A stretch of DNA of 32,567 nucleotides from Heterodontus francisci (lineage: Eukaryota): assembly GCF_036365525.1 (NCBI RefSeq), contig NW_027141915.1, positions 1-32,567 of the forward strand, read 5' to 3'. The position numbers and the translations under genes were made by a program. A model generated the notes under the pieces. It worked only from the letters and a program-made list of their open reading frames with translations. It had not been told where the DNA came from and did not search any database. Of the stretch, positions 21,165 to 31,939 are shown in pieces (position 1 is the first letter of the stretch; each line of letters opens with the position of its first letter).

Positions 21165-22161
21165 GTAAGTTAACCTTTCTCTCCATTGAAACAACTGATA
21201 TATTACTCCTGCATGACTTAACTAGCAAACAATGGGCAAAACTGCATAGACAAATAGAAATATTGTAGAAATATAAACGTAAAATAATAGACTGTGTGTG
21301 GGGAAATCAAGTCCAACAAAAATGCAATTCACAGATTTAATATCCTATTATTAAAAATAGGAAAAAAATAGCTCATGGAAATTAATGGCAAATCCCATGC
21401 TGGGTAGTTTGTGGGTTTATGTACTGGGAAGACAAGAGCTTTGCAAATTTGGCAATTAACAAACATTCTAGTTGAAGCCAGGATTAAGTTGAATCTTCCA
21501 ATATTTTTCCATACTGTTATGTTTTGCGCACTAGTGTGTCATTGACGTATATATGTGCAAGTGGTTCTGTAAGCAACCTCCATAAGGGGTATTTCCAAAG
21601 GGAAGGGGATAATGGATTAAAAATGAAAACTGGTATTGGGGAAGTGGGAAGAGGTTGATACTGTACGGACAATTATTGCAGGGAGACAGTATTGATGCCA
21701 AATGCCTACCCTTTACACTGTAAAATTCTATTGAGTCTTTGGCAGACACATGAGACAAGTTAGTAACTTGTCATCCAATGTCATTGTTCTGGAAGCAAAT
21801 CCATGTATTTGACAAAGTATCAATTCATTGGACACTTATTCACATAGGACAGATGTTTTCAAGCAGCTGGCACTGGGCTTTATTGAAATGAACATCAGAT
21901 GCCTATCAGCCAGAGTTTGGAAATAGAAACATGCTAACAGGGCAGACAATTAGTGACATTATTGTAGTTAACAGTGAAATAAACATGAATCGATTTTGTG
22001 TCACTAAGCGAACTGTTATATTCATGGTAATCATCCAATAACACACATTGAGTGCTGTGTTATTATGTAGCTTAAGGGCACAGTGAAGGTGAATATTGCT
22101 GTGCAGTTATTTTGAACCTTCAGTAAGAAAATGAAATGCATCAAATATGACAATTAGAATA

Positions 22162-22318
22162 TGAGAATTGCTGAAAATAGAGACCTGTTGTTGAAGTGGT
22201 AAGAGTTGTTGTTTTCCCTTACATTGGTTATTCTCGCGGATTGTCCTGATGAGTGCAAGGCCAAAAACTTCGACAACATGTCTCTATTTTCAGAAATTCT
22301 CAAGTTCTGTACTACCAA
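22162..22318 (+). mobile_element. Penelope-like element terminal fragment with inverted 5' piece, mutated hammerhead (22241-22276) and 15-bp flanking direct repeat
   Basis: ATGACAATTAGAATA occurs at 22147-22161 and 22319-22333. 22163-22197 is the reverse complement of 22267-22301. The body is homologous to 19516-19606. Confidence 0.75.
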
Positions 22319-22843
22319 ATGACAATTAGAATAATAAAAAACTTTAAAAATGCAAAAATAAGATTAACAATTCAGCTGAATATTGAGCACATAAAAATAT
22401 CTCAAGGAGCCCTTCTCTTTCAAAACACAAGCATTCTCCAAAAGGAGTATGTAGAATTTATTATACACTTCCTGCGTTAGTGTCCAGTAGTAACAGAGCA
22501 GCTGCATTAAAACGTTAAGGTGCACAACACCAACTTTACTGTAAATGACATGCCTGTAATAGATTCAACTCTATTTGAAAGAATAAGCTAGCAAGCTTAC
22601 AATAGTTTCTTCATGGAGACCAGTTGATGGGTAAATAGTAACCTTGAAGGAATATTTGCTTGAATAAAGATGGAAACAAATAGAAATTGTATTGCCAAAC
22701 AGGGGCATCATTTGTATTTATAAGTCAGAAGTGACTCTGGATGGAGTAACATTTGCAATAACGGTCTGCCATAGTTTTACAAGGACATAACAGTTGAAAA
22801 TGAGGATTTGCAAGGAGATGTATATGCTGCAGGTATGCTGATG

Positions 22844-23250
22844 GGCAGATGGTGGTGTAGTGGTAATGTCACTGGACTGGTACTCCTGAAGCACAGACTA
22901 ATTCCCTGGCGACACTGGTTCAAATCCCACAGCAGCTCCTGCAATTTTAATTCAATTAATTAATAAGAATCTGGAATTGAAAGCTAGTCTCAGCAATGCT
23001 GCCATGAAATTATCATTGATTGTCGTAAAAACCCATCTGGTTCACTAATGCCCTTTAGGGAAGGAAATCTACTGTCCATACCTGGTCTGGCCTACAAGTG
23101 AATTCAAACACACAGCAATGTGGTTGACTCATTAACTGCCCTCTTAAATGGCCTAGCGAGCCATTCAGTTGTCAAGGACAATAAGGGATGGGCAACAAAT
23201 GCTGGCCTTATCTGTGATACTAACATCCCATGAAAAGAATTATAACAAAA
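22844..23250 (+). mobile_element. Near full-length tRNA-derived SINE (Meta-domain type)
   Basis: A-box-like tggtgtagtgg and B-box-like ggttcaaatcc. Central aacccatctggttcactaatgccctttagggaaggaaatct...ctggtctggcctac resembles the MetaSINE core (recognised from memory). The tail is LINE-derived. Confidence 0.75.
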
Positions 23251-23399
23251 TGATACGTGCATTAAGGTAGAGAGAGAGAAATCTGTTCATATCTCGATTT
23301 CTTGTGTACTTACTTTGATTTGTAGATTGGAGGATTTAGTTTAAATGTAAACTGTAAATGTAACTATATAATTACAATGTAAGAGTGTTAAAATGATTG

Positions 23400-23766
23400 A
23401 ATCATGTCAGAAATGCCTAAACAATATAGACATGAAAATATATTTTTTAATTTTCCACTGATGAGTCAGTCAATAACCAGAAGTCACGGATTTAAAAACA
23501 TTGGCAAAAGACCTAAAGGGGGAGATGAGGATCTACTTAGAGAGTTTCTGGGATCGGGAAGACTTTACCTGAAAAGTGGTGAAAGCTACTTGTATAAGTG
23601 GTTTTAGAAGGGGTTTAGACTGGTTCTTGAGGACGAGAAACTTATGGGGTTATTGACAAGAACTGGGGGTGCGGAACTAAGCAACACTGCACTTTCAAAG
23701 AGCCAGCACAGGCAGGAGGGGCTGAACAGCCTCCTTCCATGCTGTAAGATTCTATGATTCTATGAT
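23400..23766 (+). mobile_element. Old CR1-clade LINE 3' fragment
   Basis: FPLMSQSITRSHGFK remnant, ending in gattctatgattctatgatt. Confidence 0.7.
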
Positions 23767-24494
23767 TCAGGAATGGAATTTGATGGAGACATGTCAGTGG
23801 TGGGAATGTGGATGAGTGGGATTTGTAAGATGCTCAGTAATATTTACTCATTCAATGGTGTTATTTGCAACGTGGGAACAAGCATTAACTGACCTGTTTA
23901 GTGTAGTGCAGCCCCAAAAGTAGATAAACAGGGGATATGGGAGGGGAAGTCACTACAATAGCATTCCATTTTGTTAAAGAAAGAGAAAGAGAGCAAACAG
24001 AGAGGAAAACTCAAAGGCAAATGTGGGGAAAAAAATATAGTGAAATCAACAGGACCGTCACACAGATTAAATACAATCGAATGACAAATACAGCTGAAAA
24101 TCGACAATGAGAATATTCAATTAATAGCATGAAAGACAACCAATTAATTATATTCCAGTATAGAAAATAATGAGTGTTTTAGCAATGGCATTCATTAAAT
24201 AAATGGTTAAATTTGCAGCAAAACAAAATTGGCTGCTTAGAGAGCAGGTCATGGCAAAAAAAAAAAAAGATATAAAGATACTGGAATGATATAGAGTAAA
24301 ACTTTAAAAAGTATAATAACAGAAAGATTAAGAGAGAATGTGCAGGAAAAATAGCAACAAAAAAAAAGGTAATAATCAGGAAAGAATCTCTTAGTGGTGT
24401 GAAGTTAGTTAGCATCGGGTATGAGCAGTGAGAGATGAAGAAAATAAGGCTTTAGTGAAGAGTTGGGGATACTTTGCCTCATGTTACATAGAGG

Positions 24495-24945
24495 AGAAGC
24501 ATATTGGAATACTAGATTAATTCCTGGGATGGGATTGCTGTCCTATCAGAAGAGGCCAGGCCTATATTCTATGGAGTTTAGAAGAATGAGAGGTGATCTC
24601 ATTGAAGCATACAAGGTTCTGAAAGTGCTTTACAGGGTAAACAATGAGTGGTTGTTTTTAGTCTGGATCTAGGGGCACATTTTCATGATAAGGGTTCGCC
24701 ATTTAGAACGGAGATGAGGAGAAACTTCTTCACTCTGAGAGTTGTGAATCTTTGTTATTCTCTACTTGAGTAGTTTCAAGGCTGAAATTGATATGTTTTT
24801 GGTCTCTTAGGGAATCAAGGGAAATGGGAAGTGAGTGGGAATGTGGAGTTGAGACAAAGATCAGCCATGATCATATTAAATAGCAGAGTGGACCGGAGGG
24901 GCTGTGTAGTCTAGAAGCTGTGCTTCTATTTCTTGTGTGCTGATG
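24495..24945 (+). mobile_element. CR1-clade LINE 3' fragment
   Basis: TRLIPGM...GLYSMEFRRMRGDLIEAYKVL followed by 3' UTR. Confidence 0.8.
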
Positions 24946-25079
24946 GAATACGTCAGGCCACCAGAGCTATCACTTCTTCAAAAGAGAAAGAAATTAATCA
25001 AAGTTAAAGTAGACAAAGCACAAGGACCTGATTACTTACAAACAAGGAACCTGAGGAACTCTATTTAAAAAAATCACAT

Positions 25080-25345
25080 TGCCTCTGGCTATAAAACACT
25101 GGTTAGGTCACAGCTGGAGTCTTGTATCCAATTCCAGGCTTAGCAACTGAGGAAAGATGGCAAGGCCTCAGAGAGAGTGCAGAAGGGATTTGCGAGAATG
25201 GTACAAGGGCTGAGGGACTTTTGTTATGTGGAGAGGCTGGAGGAACTGGGATTGTCCTCCTGTAGAGCAGGAATGGGTTAAGGGGAGATTTAATAGAGAT
25301 GTTATATGAGGGGTTTTGATAGGGTCGATAGGGAGAAACTTTCTA
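25080..25345 (+). mobile_element. CR1-clade LINE internal fragment
   Basis: Remnants of YKTLVRSQLE.C.QF, ERVQK.F.RMV, ERLEELGL and GDLIE. Confidence 0.7.
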
Positions 25346-25783
25346 CGAGCCAGAGACTGGTATTAGACTGGATTACATGTGACAAGCATTACTGATGTGT
25401 TCAAAAGCCTATTCCCATGCTCCAATATTCTGGTCTTCATAGGTCATGCTCAGTGACAAGAAAGATATTACAGGGCAGCATTCCCATGCACAGACATGGT
25501 TCTGATTGATCAGCCTCAAAGCCCTTACGAAAGTAACATTTTGTGATGCACTACATAACTAACTGGTGACATGATAAGAGGTGAATGTAATATGCTTGAA
25601 AGGAACAAGTGACTTTGGAGTTATAGTTCCCAAAGATCTCAACCACTGGGCTTTTCTGGCTGTTATTTCAGGGTCTGTTTTCCAATAATGGATAGAGATC
25701 GATTGGTATGGTTAATCAATAACTCAAAAATTGTATTATGTGGCTACCAGATGGTATCAGCAATCCAGTTTATCCCACTCTTT

Positions 25784-26340
25784 ACATACAAACATACGAA
25801 CATATGAATTAGGAGCAGGAGTGGGCCATTTGGCCCCTCTAGCCTGCCCCTCTAGCCTGCTCCGCCAGTCAATATGATCATGGCTGATCTTGGGCTTCAA
25901 TTCTAATTTCCTGCCCGCCTCCCCATATCCCAAAATTCCCTGCGAGATCGGAAATCTATCTATCCCAGCCTTAAATGTATTCAATGATGGAGCATCCACA
26001 ATCCTCTGGGATAGAGAATTCCAAAGATTCACAACCTTTCGAGTGAAGTAATTTCTCTTCATCTCAGTCCTGAATGATTGACCCATTATCCTGAGACTGT
26101 GTCCCCGTGTTCTAGATTCCCCAAACAGTGGGAACAATCTCTCAGCTTCTACCCTATCAAACCCTTTCAAAATCTTGTATGTCTCAATTAGATCACCTCT
26201 CATTCTTCTAAACACCAGAGAATATAGGCCCAATTTACTCAGCCTCTCATCATAAGACAACCCCCTTTCTTAAATGTGGAGACCAAAACTGCGCACTGTA
26301 TTCCAGGAGAGGCCTCACTGAAACCCTGTACAATTATAGC
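25784..26340 (-). mobile_element. CR1-clade LINE 3' end, relatively young
   Basis: ORF 25757-26260 reads SYDERLSKLGLYSLVFRRMRGDLIETYKILKGFD...RGHSLRI...VVNLWNSL, a typical CR1 ORF2 C-terminus. Confidence 0.9.
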
Positions 26341-26757
26341 AATTCTGTCCATTGTCCCATGACTGAACAGAACAGGATCCAGATTAAATATGCTTTATGT
26401 TTGTGAATGGATTCCTACAAGATAACCAGAGCTAGCCTATTTGGATTATTATCATTGTCTGTTCCAGGGCTTTCACCTATTCAGAATGCCACGCGACTTT
26501 AAATGTTTCTCAGGTTATAAAAGGCAGTAACAATTTATATACAAATTCAAGCCCTCAAACGGAAACATGGATCAGTATTCATTTAGCAGCTGTGCTTTCA
26601 AATGACTCTAGTCTTTAAGTGAAGTATTCCACACTATTAGTCTTTGGTTTGGGGTATTGGATAGAGTCAGCCTAGTGGTTAAAGAGTGTTAGATTGTGAT
26701 GGCTTCGATGCTAAATCATGGAAACTTTCCTTTTCTCCTCTCGTTGCCTATCAACAG

Positions 26758-27039
26758 ATCGGAAAGATATTGCAAAACCATCCGTCTATATCCTCCCTCC
26801 GCGGGATCGGCCCGAGGTTTCACCCGTGTGCTTGGTGACAGACTTTTTCCCAAACAACATCACTGTGACGGTTAAAGACGGGAATGACAGAGCGAGCCGA
26901 ACGGAAAACGACACCTCGCTGTCCATCCCCGATCGCAGCTACAGTGTGGTCGGATTCCTGACAAAGTCTGGCTCCGAGTGGAAGGAAAAATTTCAGTGTA
27001 CTGCGACGGGTGAACAAACGAAAGCGTATCCAGATTCTG
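26758..27039 (+). CDS. TRAC: TCR alpha constant region exon 1 (Ig C domain)
   Basis: Polypyrimidine tract and CAG acceptor at 26757; phase 1 matches all J donors. Protein KPSVYILPP...VCLVTDFFP...YSVVGF...FQC lacks the C-strand Trp, as is typical of C-alpha. Donor GTATGT at 27040. Confidence 0.95.
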
Positions 27040-27130
27040 GTATGTTCTTTGATTTTTTTATTCATTGAGATTATAAGTGGAAATCATTATTGCTAGTGTT
27101 GTAAATATTATTATTATTGATCTTCCTCAG

Positions 27131-27178
27131 GTGATTCCCAGGCAGTTTGTATTGAGCGTGAAGAGGAGGAGGAAGTCG
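27131..27178 (+). CDS. TRAC: TRAC exon 2 (hinge with interchain Cys: GDSQAVCIEREEEEEV)
   Basis: Acceptor tcttcctcag, 48 nt preserving phase 1, a single Cys, donor GTGAGT at 27179. Confidence 0.9.
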
Positions 27179-27420
27179 GTGAGTACAATGTGTATTTTTA
27201 TGCCTGTGTCTGTTGTAAACACATTGTAAACACAAAAAAGGCCTTCGTTTCTGAAGGAATCGTTTTCAAAACAGCAATTTTGCAGATAGCGTTCGCCTGA
27301 TTTATCGTTCCCTGTTATTGGTTAAGATAGCAGAGCATGCAAAAACATTTATTATTGTAAAACAGTTCATTGTCTTCGATAGGCTCCTTATTTCCTGTGT
27401 TTTTCTTTCCCTTCTCACAG

Positions 27421-27527
27421 ATGCACACGTGAATATGCTTTCACTGACAGTCCTTGGCTTCAGACTTCTCTTCTTTAAAAGTATCGTATTCAACGCCTTG
27501 ATGACTATCCGTGTTTGGATCTCATAA
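27421..27527 (+). CDS. TRAC: TRAC exon 3 (connecting peptide, transmembrane and tail: DAHVNMLSLTVLGFRLLFFKSIVFNALMTIRVWIS*)
   Basis: Acceptor cttctcacag. The TM has the R-xxxx-K pair and the FNxLMTxRxWxS ending characteristic of TCR alpha. TAA at 27525-27527, then G and donor GTGAGA at 27529. Confidence 0.95.
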
Positions 27528-27689
27528 GGTGAGAGAGAAGATTTCCTGTTAAAGATAGAAATTTCTCCTGTGGACGGTCTGCTTTGCAGAAACCTTTTCC
27601 TGCAAAGAACAAATATTGAGAAAGTATAGAATTTGGAATAATAGTCAGAATGTATTTTAAAATCAGGCGAGGTTAAGGAAAGTAACTAT

Positions 27690-28330
27690 CAAGTAACATT
27701 CACACCACACAAGTGCCAGGCAATGACCATCTCCAACAAGAGAGAATCTAACCATCTCCCCTTGACATTCAATGATACATTCATTCCAAGGTCCCTTACT
27801 TCCTCTACACCGCTCAGTATTCTCCCATTAATCATGTATTCCTTTGCCTTGTTTGACCTTCCCAAATGCATCACCTCACACTTCTCCAGGCTGAATTCCA
27901 TTTGCCACTTTTCTGCCCATCTGACCAGATTATCAATATCTTCCTGCAGCCTACAGCTATCCTCCTCGCTATCTACCACACGGCCAATCTTTGTGTCATC
28001 TGCAAACTTCTTGATCGTGCCCCCTACATTTACGTCCAAATCATTAACATATAACCACAAAAAGCAGGGAACGCAGTACTGAGCCCTGCGGAACACCACT
28101 GGAAACAGCCCTCCAGTCGCAAAAACAACTACCCTTTGTTTCCTGCCACTGAGCCAGTTTTGTATCCACTTTGCTGCATTTCTTTGGATCCCATGGGATT
28201 TTATTTTCTCACCAGTCTGCCATGTGGGAGCTTGTCAAAAGCCTTGCTAAAATTCATGTAGACCACATCAACTGCACTACCCTCATCCATCTTGTTACTT
28301 CTTCAAAAAATTTGATTTAAGTTAGTCAGA
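27690..28330 (-). mobile_element. Composite LINE remnant: + strand fragment (27690-27775) fused to a - strand CR1 RT fragment (27776-~28330)
   Basis: Minus strand: YVNDLD...KFADDTKIG...LQEDID.LVRWAEKWQMEF...KCEVMHLG. Plus strand: QVTFTPHKCQAMTISNKRESNHLPLTFN. Confidence 0.85.
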
Positions 28331-28339
28331 CATGACTAT

Positions 28340-28710
28340 CAGGAAAGATTGCTGGGGTACTTTTCTCTGGAAAACAGAAGGCTGACCGAATAGAGGTATC
28401 AGGGGGGAGGCAGAGACCAAACCTATGGTGGTATAATAATAGGTCCAATAGGGAATTCAGGAGAATTTTCTTTACCCAGACAGTGGTGAGAATGTGGAAC
28501 TCACTATAACAGGGGAGTCATTGATCTGAAGAGCATAAATGCATTTAAGGAAAATCTAGACAAACAGATGAAGCAGAAAGGAAAAGGTTAGCTGATGGGT
28601 GAGATGAAGTAGTGGTGGGGATGGCGGGGGGGGGGGGGGGTCTCACAATGGTCAAAGACACCAGCATAAACTAAACCGAATGGCCTGTTTATTGTGTAAT
28701 ACTTTGTGAA
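28340..28710 (+). mobile_element. CR1-like 3' fragment of the same family as in the J cassette; contains a G15 run
   Basis: gaattcaggagaattttctttacccaga...gtggtgagaatgtggaac closely resembles 497-543. Confidence 0.7.
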
Positions 28711-28837
28711 TAGATTGTAGAGATGAACTCCGTTCTGGTAGCACTGAGTTATTCCTTTTGACGAATAGCTTGGCATGGAGGTGGGGCAGCTCTGTACCCT
28801 GTAACATACTAAAACTATCTGTTATCTCTTTCTCTAG

Positions 28838-29295
28838 AGGGACAATTGATCGCAAGCACAGAAGGAATCGTGTGAACATGACGGATTTTTGTTTCGATTG
28901 TGATGCAGAATGACGTTTGCATCTCCTATCATCTGCCCAAAGGCAATCTGTTACATGTTAAATACATATATGTGTCTGTCTGTAGTAGTTATGTTTGAAA
29001 GAATCTTCACGAATGTAAGATAGTGTAATTTCTGTCCTTCCCTCTCGAACAGTAGTATAGAATAATCTGATATATATGCAGCTTCCGATGAAGCTTTGCT
29101 CATTCTTACTATTGGAGATAGCTGAGCATTTATTAAAAGTATAGGCCGCATTATTGTAAGATGTATATTTTATCTTCTTTGTACATTAAGTTGCATGTCT
29201 TGTGATTAGGCTCCTGGAATATTCATGTACCATCCCGTGGAAGTGACTCAATCCAGTGCTTGACTGGGAAGAATAAAAATCGAAAATCGAATCAT
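28838..29295 (+). other. TRAC: Probable TRAC exon 4 (3' UTR) with poly(A) signal
   Basis: The donor after the stop codon implies an untranslated exon. The first good non-repeat acceptor is gttatctctttctctag (ending 28837), with ATTAAA at 29132 and AATAAA at 29272. Confidence 0.5.
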
Positions 29296-30410
29296 GGAAT
29301 TACACAGCAGAGGAGGCAGCTATTCAGGCCATTGTGCCTGGGCAGGCCCTTTGTACGAGTTATCCCATTAATCCCATACAAACATACGAATTAGGAGTAG
29401 GAGAAGGCCACTTGGCCCCTCGAACCTGCTCCACCACTCAATAAGATCATGGCTGATCTGATTGTAACCTCAGCTCCACATTCCCGCCTACCCCCAATAA
29501 CCTTTCACCCCCTTGCTTATCAAGAATCTAACTACCTCCGCCTTAAAAAATATTCAAAGACTCTGCTCCCACCACATTTTGAGGAAGAGAAGTCCAAAGA
29601 CTCACAACCCTCTGAGAGAAAAAAATTCTCATAATCTCTGCTTAAATGGGCGACCCCTTATTTTTAAGAGATTCTCCCACAGAGGGAAACATCCTTTCCA
29701 CATCTACCCTGTCAAGACCCCTCAGGATCTTGTAAGTTTCAATCAAGTTGCCTCTTATTCTTCGAAACTCCAGCAGATACAAGCCGAACCTGTCCAACCG
29801 TTCCTCTTAAGACAGCCCGCCCGTTCCAGGTATTAGTCTAGTTAACCTTCTCTGAACTGCTTCCAATGCATTTACATCCTTCCTTAAATAGGGAGACTAA
29901 TGCTGTACACAGTACTCCAGATGTGATCTCACCAATATAAAAGCAAAATACTGCGGATGTGGTCTCACCCATGTCCTGTGTAGCTGAAGCATAACCTCCC
30001 TACTTTTGTATTCAACTCCCCTCACAATAAATGATAACATTCTATGAGCTTTCCTAATTACGTGCTGTACCTGCATACTAACCTTTTGTGATTCATGCAC
30101 TCGGACACCCAGATCCCTCTGCATCTCAGAGCTCTGCAATATCCCACTCACCCGCTCTTTCCCCTATTTCTACAAGTATTTATCCAATTTACCTTTTCAG
30201 TTTCTCCTTATTGACTCTGTCGAAACCCCTCATGATTTTTGAAAACCTCTATTAACTCTACCCTCATGTTCCTCTGTTTGAAGCAGGACAACCCCAGCTT
30301 CTCCAGGCTATCCACATTAACCAAAACCCCTCACCCCCACTACCTTTCAAGTAAATCTCCTCTGCACCCTCTCCTTCCTAAGGTGTGGTGTCCACAACTG
30401 GGACTTAACC
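29290..30410 (-). mobile_element. Cluster of nested CR1-clade LINE fragments
   Basis: ORF 29897-30151 (QRDLGV.VH.S.KVSMQVQ...YKSREVMLQL...LEYCVQ) and a CR1 3' end starting at ~29376. Confidence 0.85.
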
Positions 30411-30873
30411 GTCAACTTCAAAAATATTGAAAGCGAGCATCTTTCAGATTTTGTTCCAAAGTCCCAAGATAAAACTTTATGCACGTGTATGTAAATATTC
30501 TAAGCAACTCATGTAAAGGGAAATGTATTGATTTGCTAACGCGTCAGAAGAATATTCAATATCTGGTTTACATTGTTGACTTACATTGCATCGAGATGCT
30601 TCTTGCTATTTTAGATATAACATTCCTTAGTATTGTTACATTTTAGAAAGAACTTCTGAGATTTTCAGAATTGTTGAGTCATTCTCATAACGCCTGCCAA
30701 TAAAATATATTTTAATACACTTTACGCTGGTCACTAGTCATTTATGCGCACTCAGTAACACGTACTCTGTTACAAAAGATGTATGTCTGTAATATATCAA
30801 AAACCTGGAGTTTTCAGGCACTTTCTATCCACATGAACTCACTTCCTGCTGCTAATAATTTGTCAAATTTTGG

Positions 30874-31080
30874 AACATAGGAACAGAAGGAGGCCATTCA
30901 GCCCCTCGAGACTGATTCTCCATTCAACAATGTGTGACCAACTCCATATACATGCTTTTGTCCCATTTTCCTTAATACCTTGGTTAGCAAAAATCTATCA
31001 ATCTCAGATTTAAATTTAACAGTCAATCTAACATCAATTGTCATTTGAGGAAGAGAGTTCCAAACATCTACCAAACTTGG
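30874..31080 (-). mobile_element. CR1 3' end fragment
   Basis: gaacataggaacagaaggaggccattcagcccctcgag is a reverse-strand CR1 tail. Confidence 0.7.
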
Positions 31081-31227
31081 GTCAACATTTTGGACCCGTT
31101 ATAAATGACTTTTATCCACATTTAGAACACACACTATCTGTTTAAAGTTACAACCCACTCTATGTCAGTTGTTAGCTCCCTTGCTTCTGAGCAACAAGGA
31201 CATAAGAAATAGGAGCAGGAGTAGGCC

Positions 31228-31850
31228 TTTTTTTATTATTCATTCCAGGGATGTGGGCGTCGCTGGCCAGGCCAGCATTTATTGCCCTTGAGAAGGTGGT
31301 GGTGAGCTGCCTTCTTGAACTGCAGCAGTCCATGTGGGGTAGGTACACCCACAGTGCTGTTAGGAAGGGAGTTCCAGGATTTTGACCCAGTGACAGTGAA
31401 GGAACGGCGATATAGTTCCAAGGCAGGATGGTGTGTGGCTTGGAGGGGATCTTGCAGGTGGTGATGTTCCCATGTATTTGCTGCTCTTGTCCTTCTAGTT
31501 GGTCGAGGTCACGAGTTTGGAAGGTGCTGTCTAAGGAGTCTTGGTGCATTGCTGCAGTGTATCTTGTAGATGGTACACACTGCTGCCACTGTGCGTCGGT
31601 GGTGGAGGGAGTGAATGTTTGTAGATGGGGTGCCAATCAAGCGGGCTGCTTTATCCTGGATGGTGTCGAGCTTCTTGAGTGTTGTTGGAGCTGCACCCAT
31701 CCAGGCAAGTGGAGAGTATTCCATCACACTCCTGTGCCTTGTAGATGGTGGACAGGCTTTGGGGAGTCAGGAGGTGAGTTACTCACCGCAGAATTCCTCG
31801 CCTCTGACCTGCTCTTGTGGCTACAGCATTTATGTGGCTGCTCCAGTTCA
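31228..31850 (-). mobile_element. LINE 3' end (second family) inserted into a CR1 3' tail (host 31195-31227 and 31847-31935)
   Basis: Encodes MEYSPLAWMGAAPTTLKKLDTIQDKAARLI...SLHHRRTVAA...SKSWNSLP with an A-rich tail. The host sequence gtaggcc|ttca-cccctcga is split by it. Confidence 0.85.
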
Positions 31851-31939
31851 ACCCCTCGAACCTGCACCGCCATTCAATAAGATCATGACTAATCTGATCA
31901 TGGCCTTCATTGCACTTTCCTGACTGTGACCCCGTGTTT

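Noticed and set aside
22053-22085. D-segment-like arrangement TGCTGTG-19 nt-CACAGTG
   Set aside because: No nonamer at 12 or 23 bp on either side.
26718-26757. ATG-initiated N-terminal extension of the C-alpha ORF (26718-27068)
   Set aside because: It is read-through of the polypyrimidine tract and intron; the exon is bounded by clear splice sites.
26758-27527. TCR delta, NAR-TCR or Ig light-chain constant region
   Set aside because: The TM ending FNALMTIRVWIS, the Trp-less C domain and a large 12-RSS J array without D segments all indicate TCR alpha.
28626-28640. G15 run as a functional G-quadruplex
   Set aside because: It lies within a decayed LINE and is most simply homopolymer slippage or sequencing noise.
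260-31923. Remaining 60-170 aa ORFs in the supplied track as novel genes
   Set aside because: They are LINE remnants, antisense or alternative frames of J and C exons, or chance ORFs without splice or domain support.
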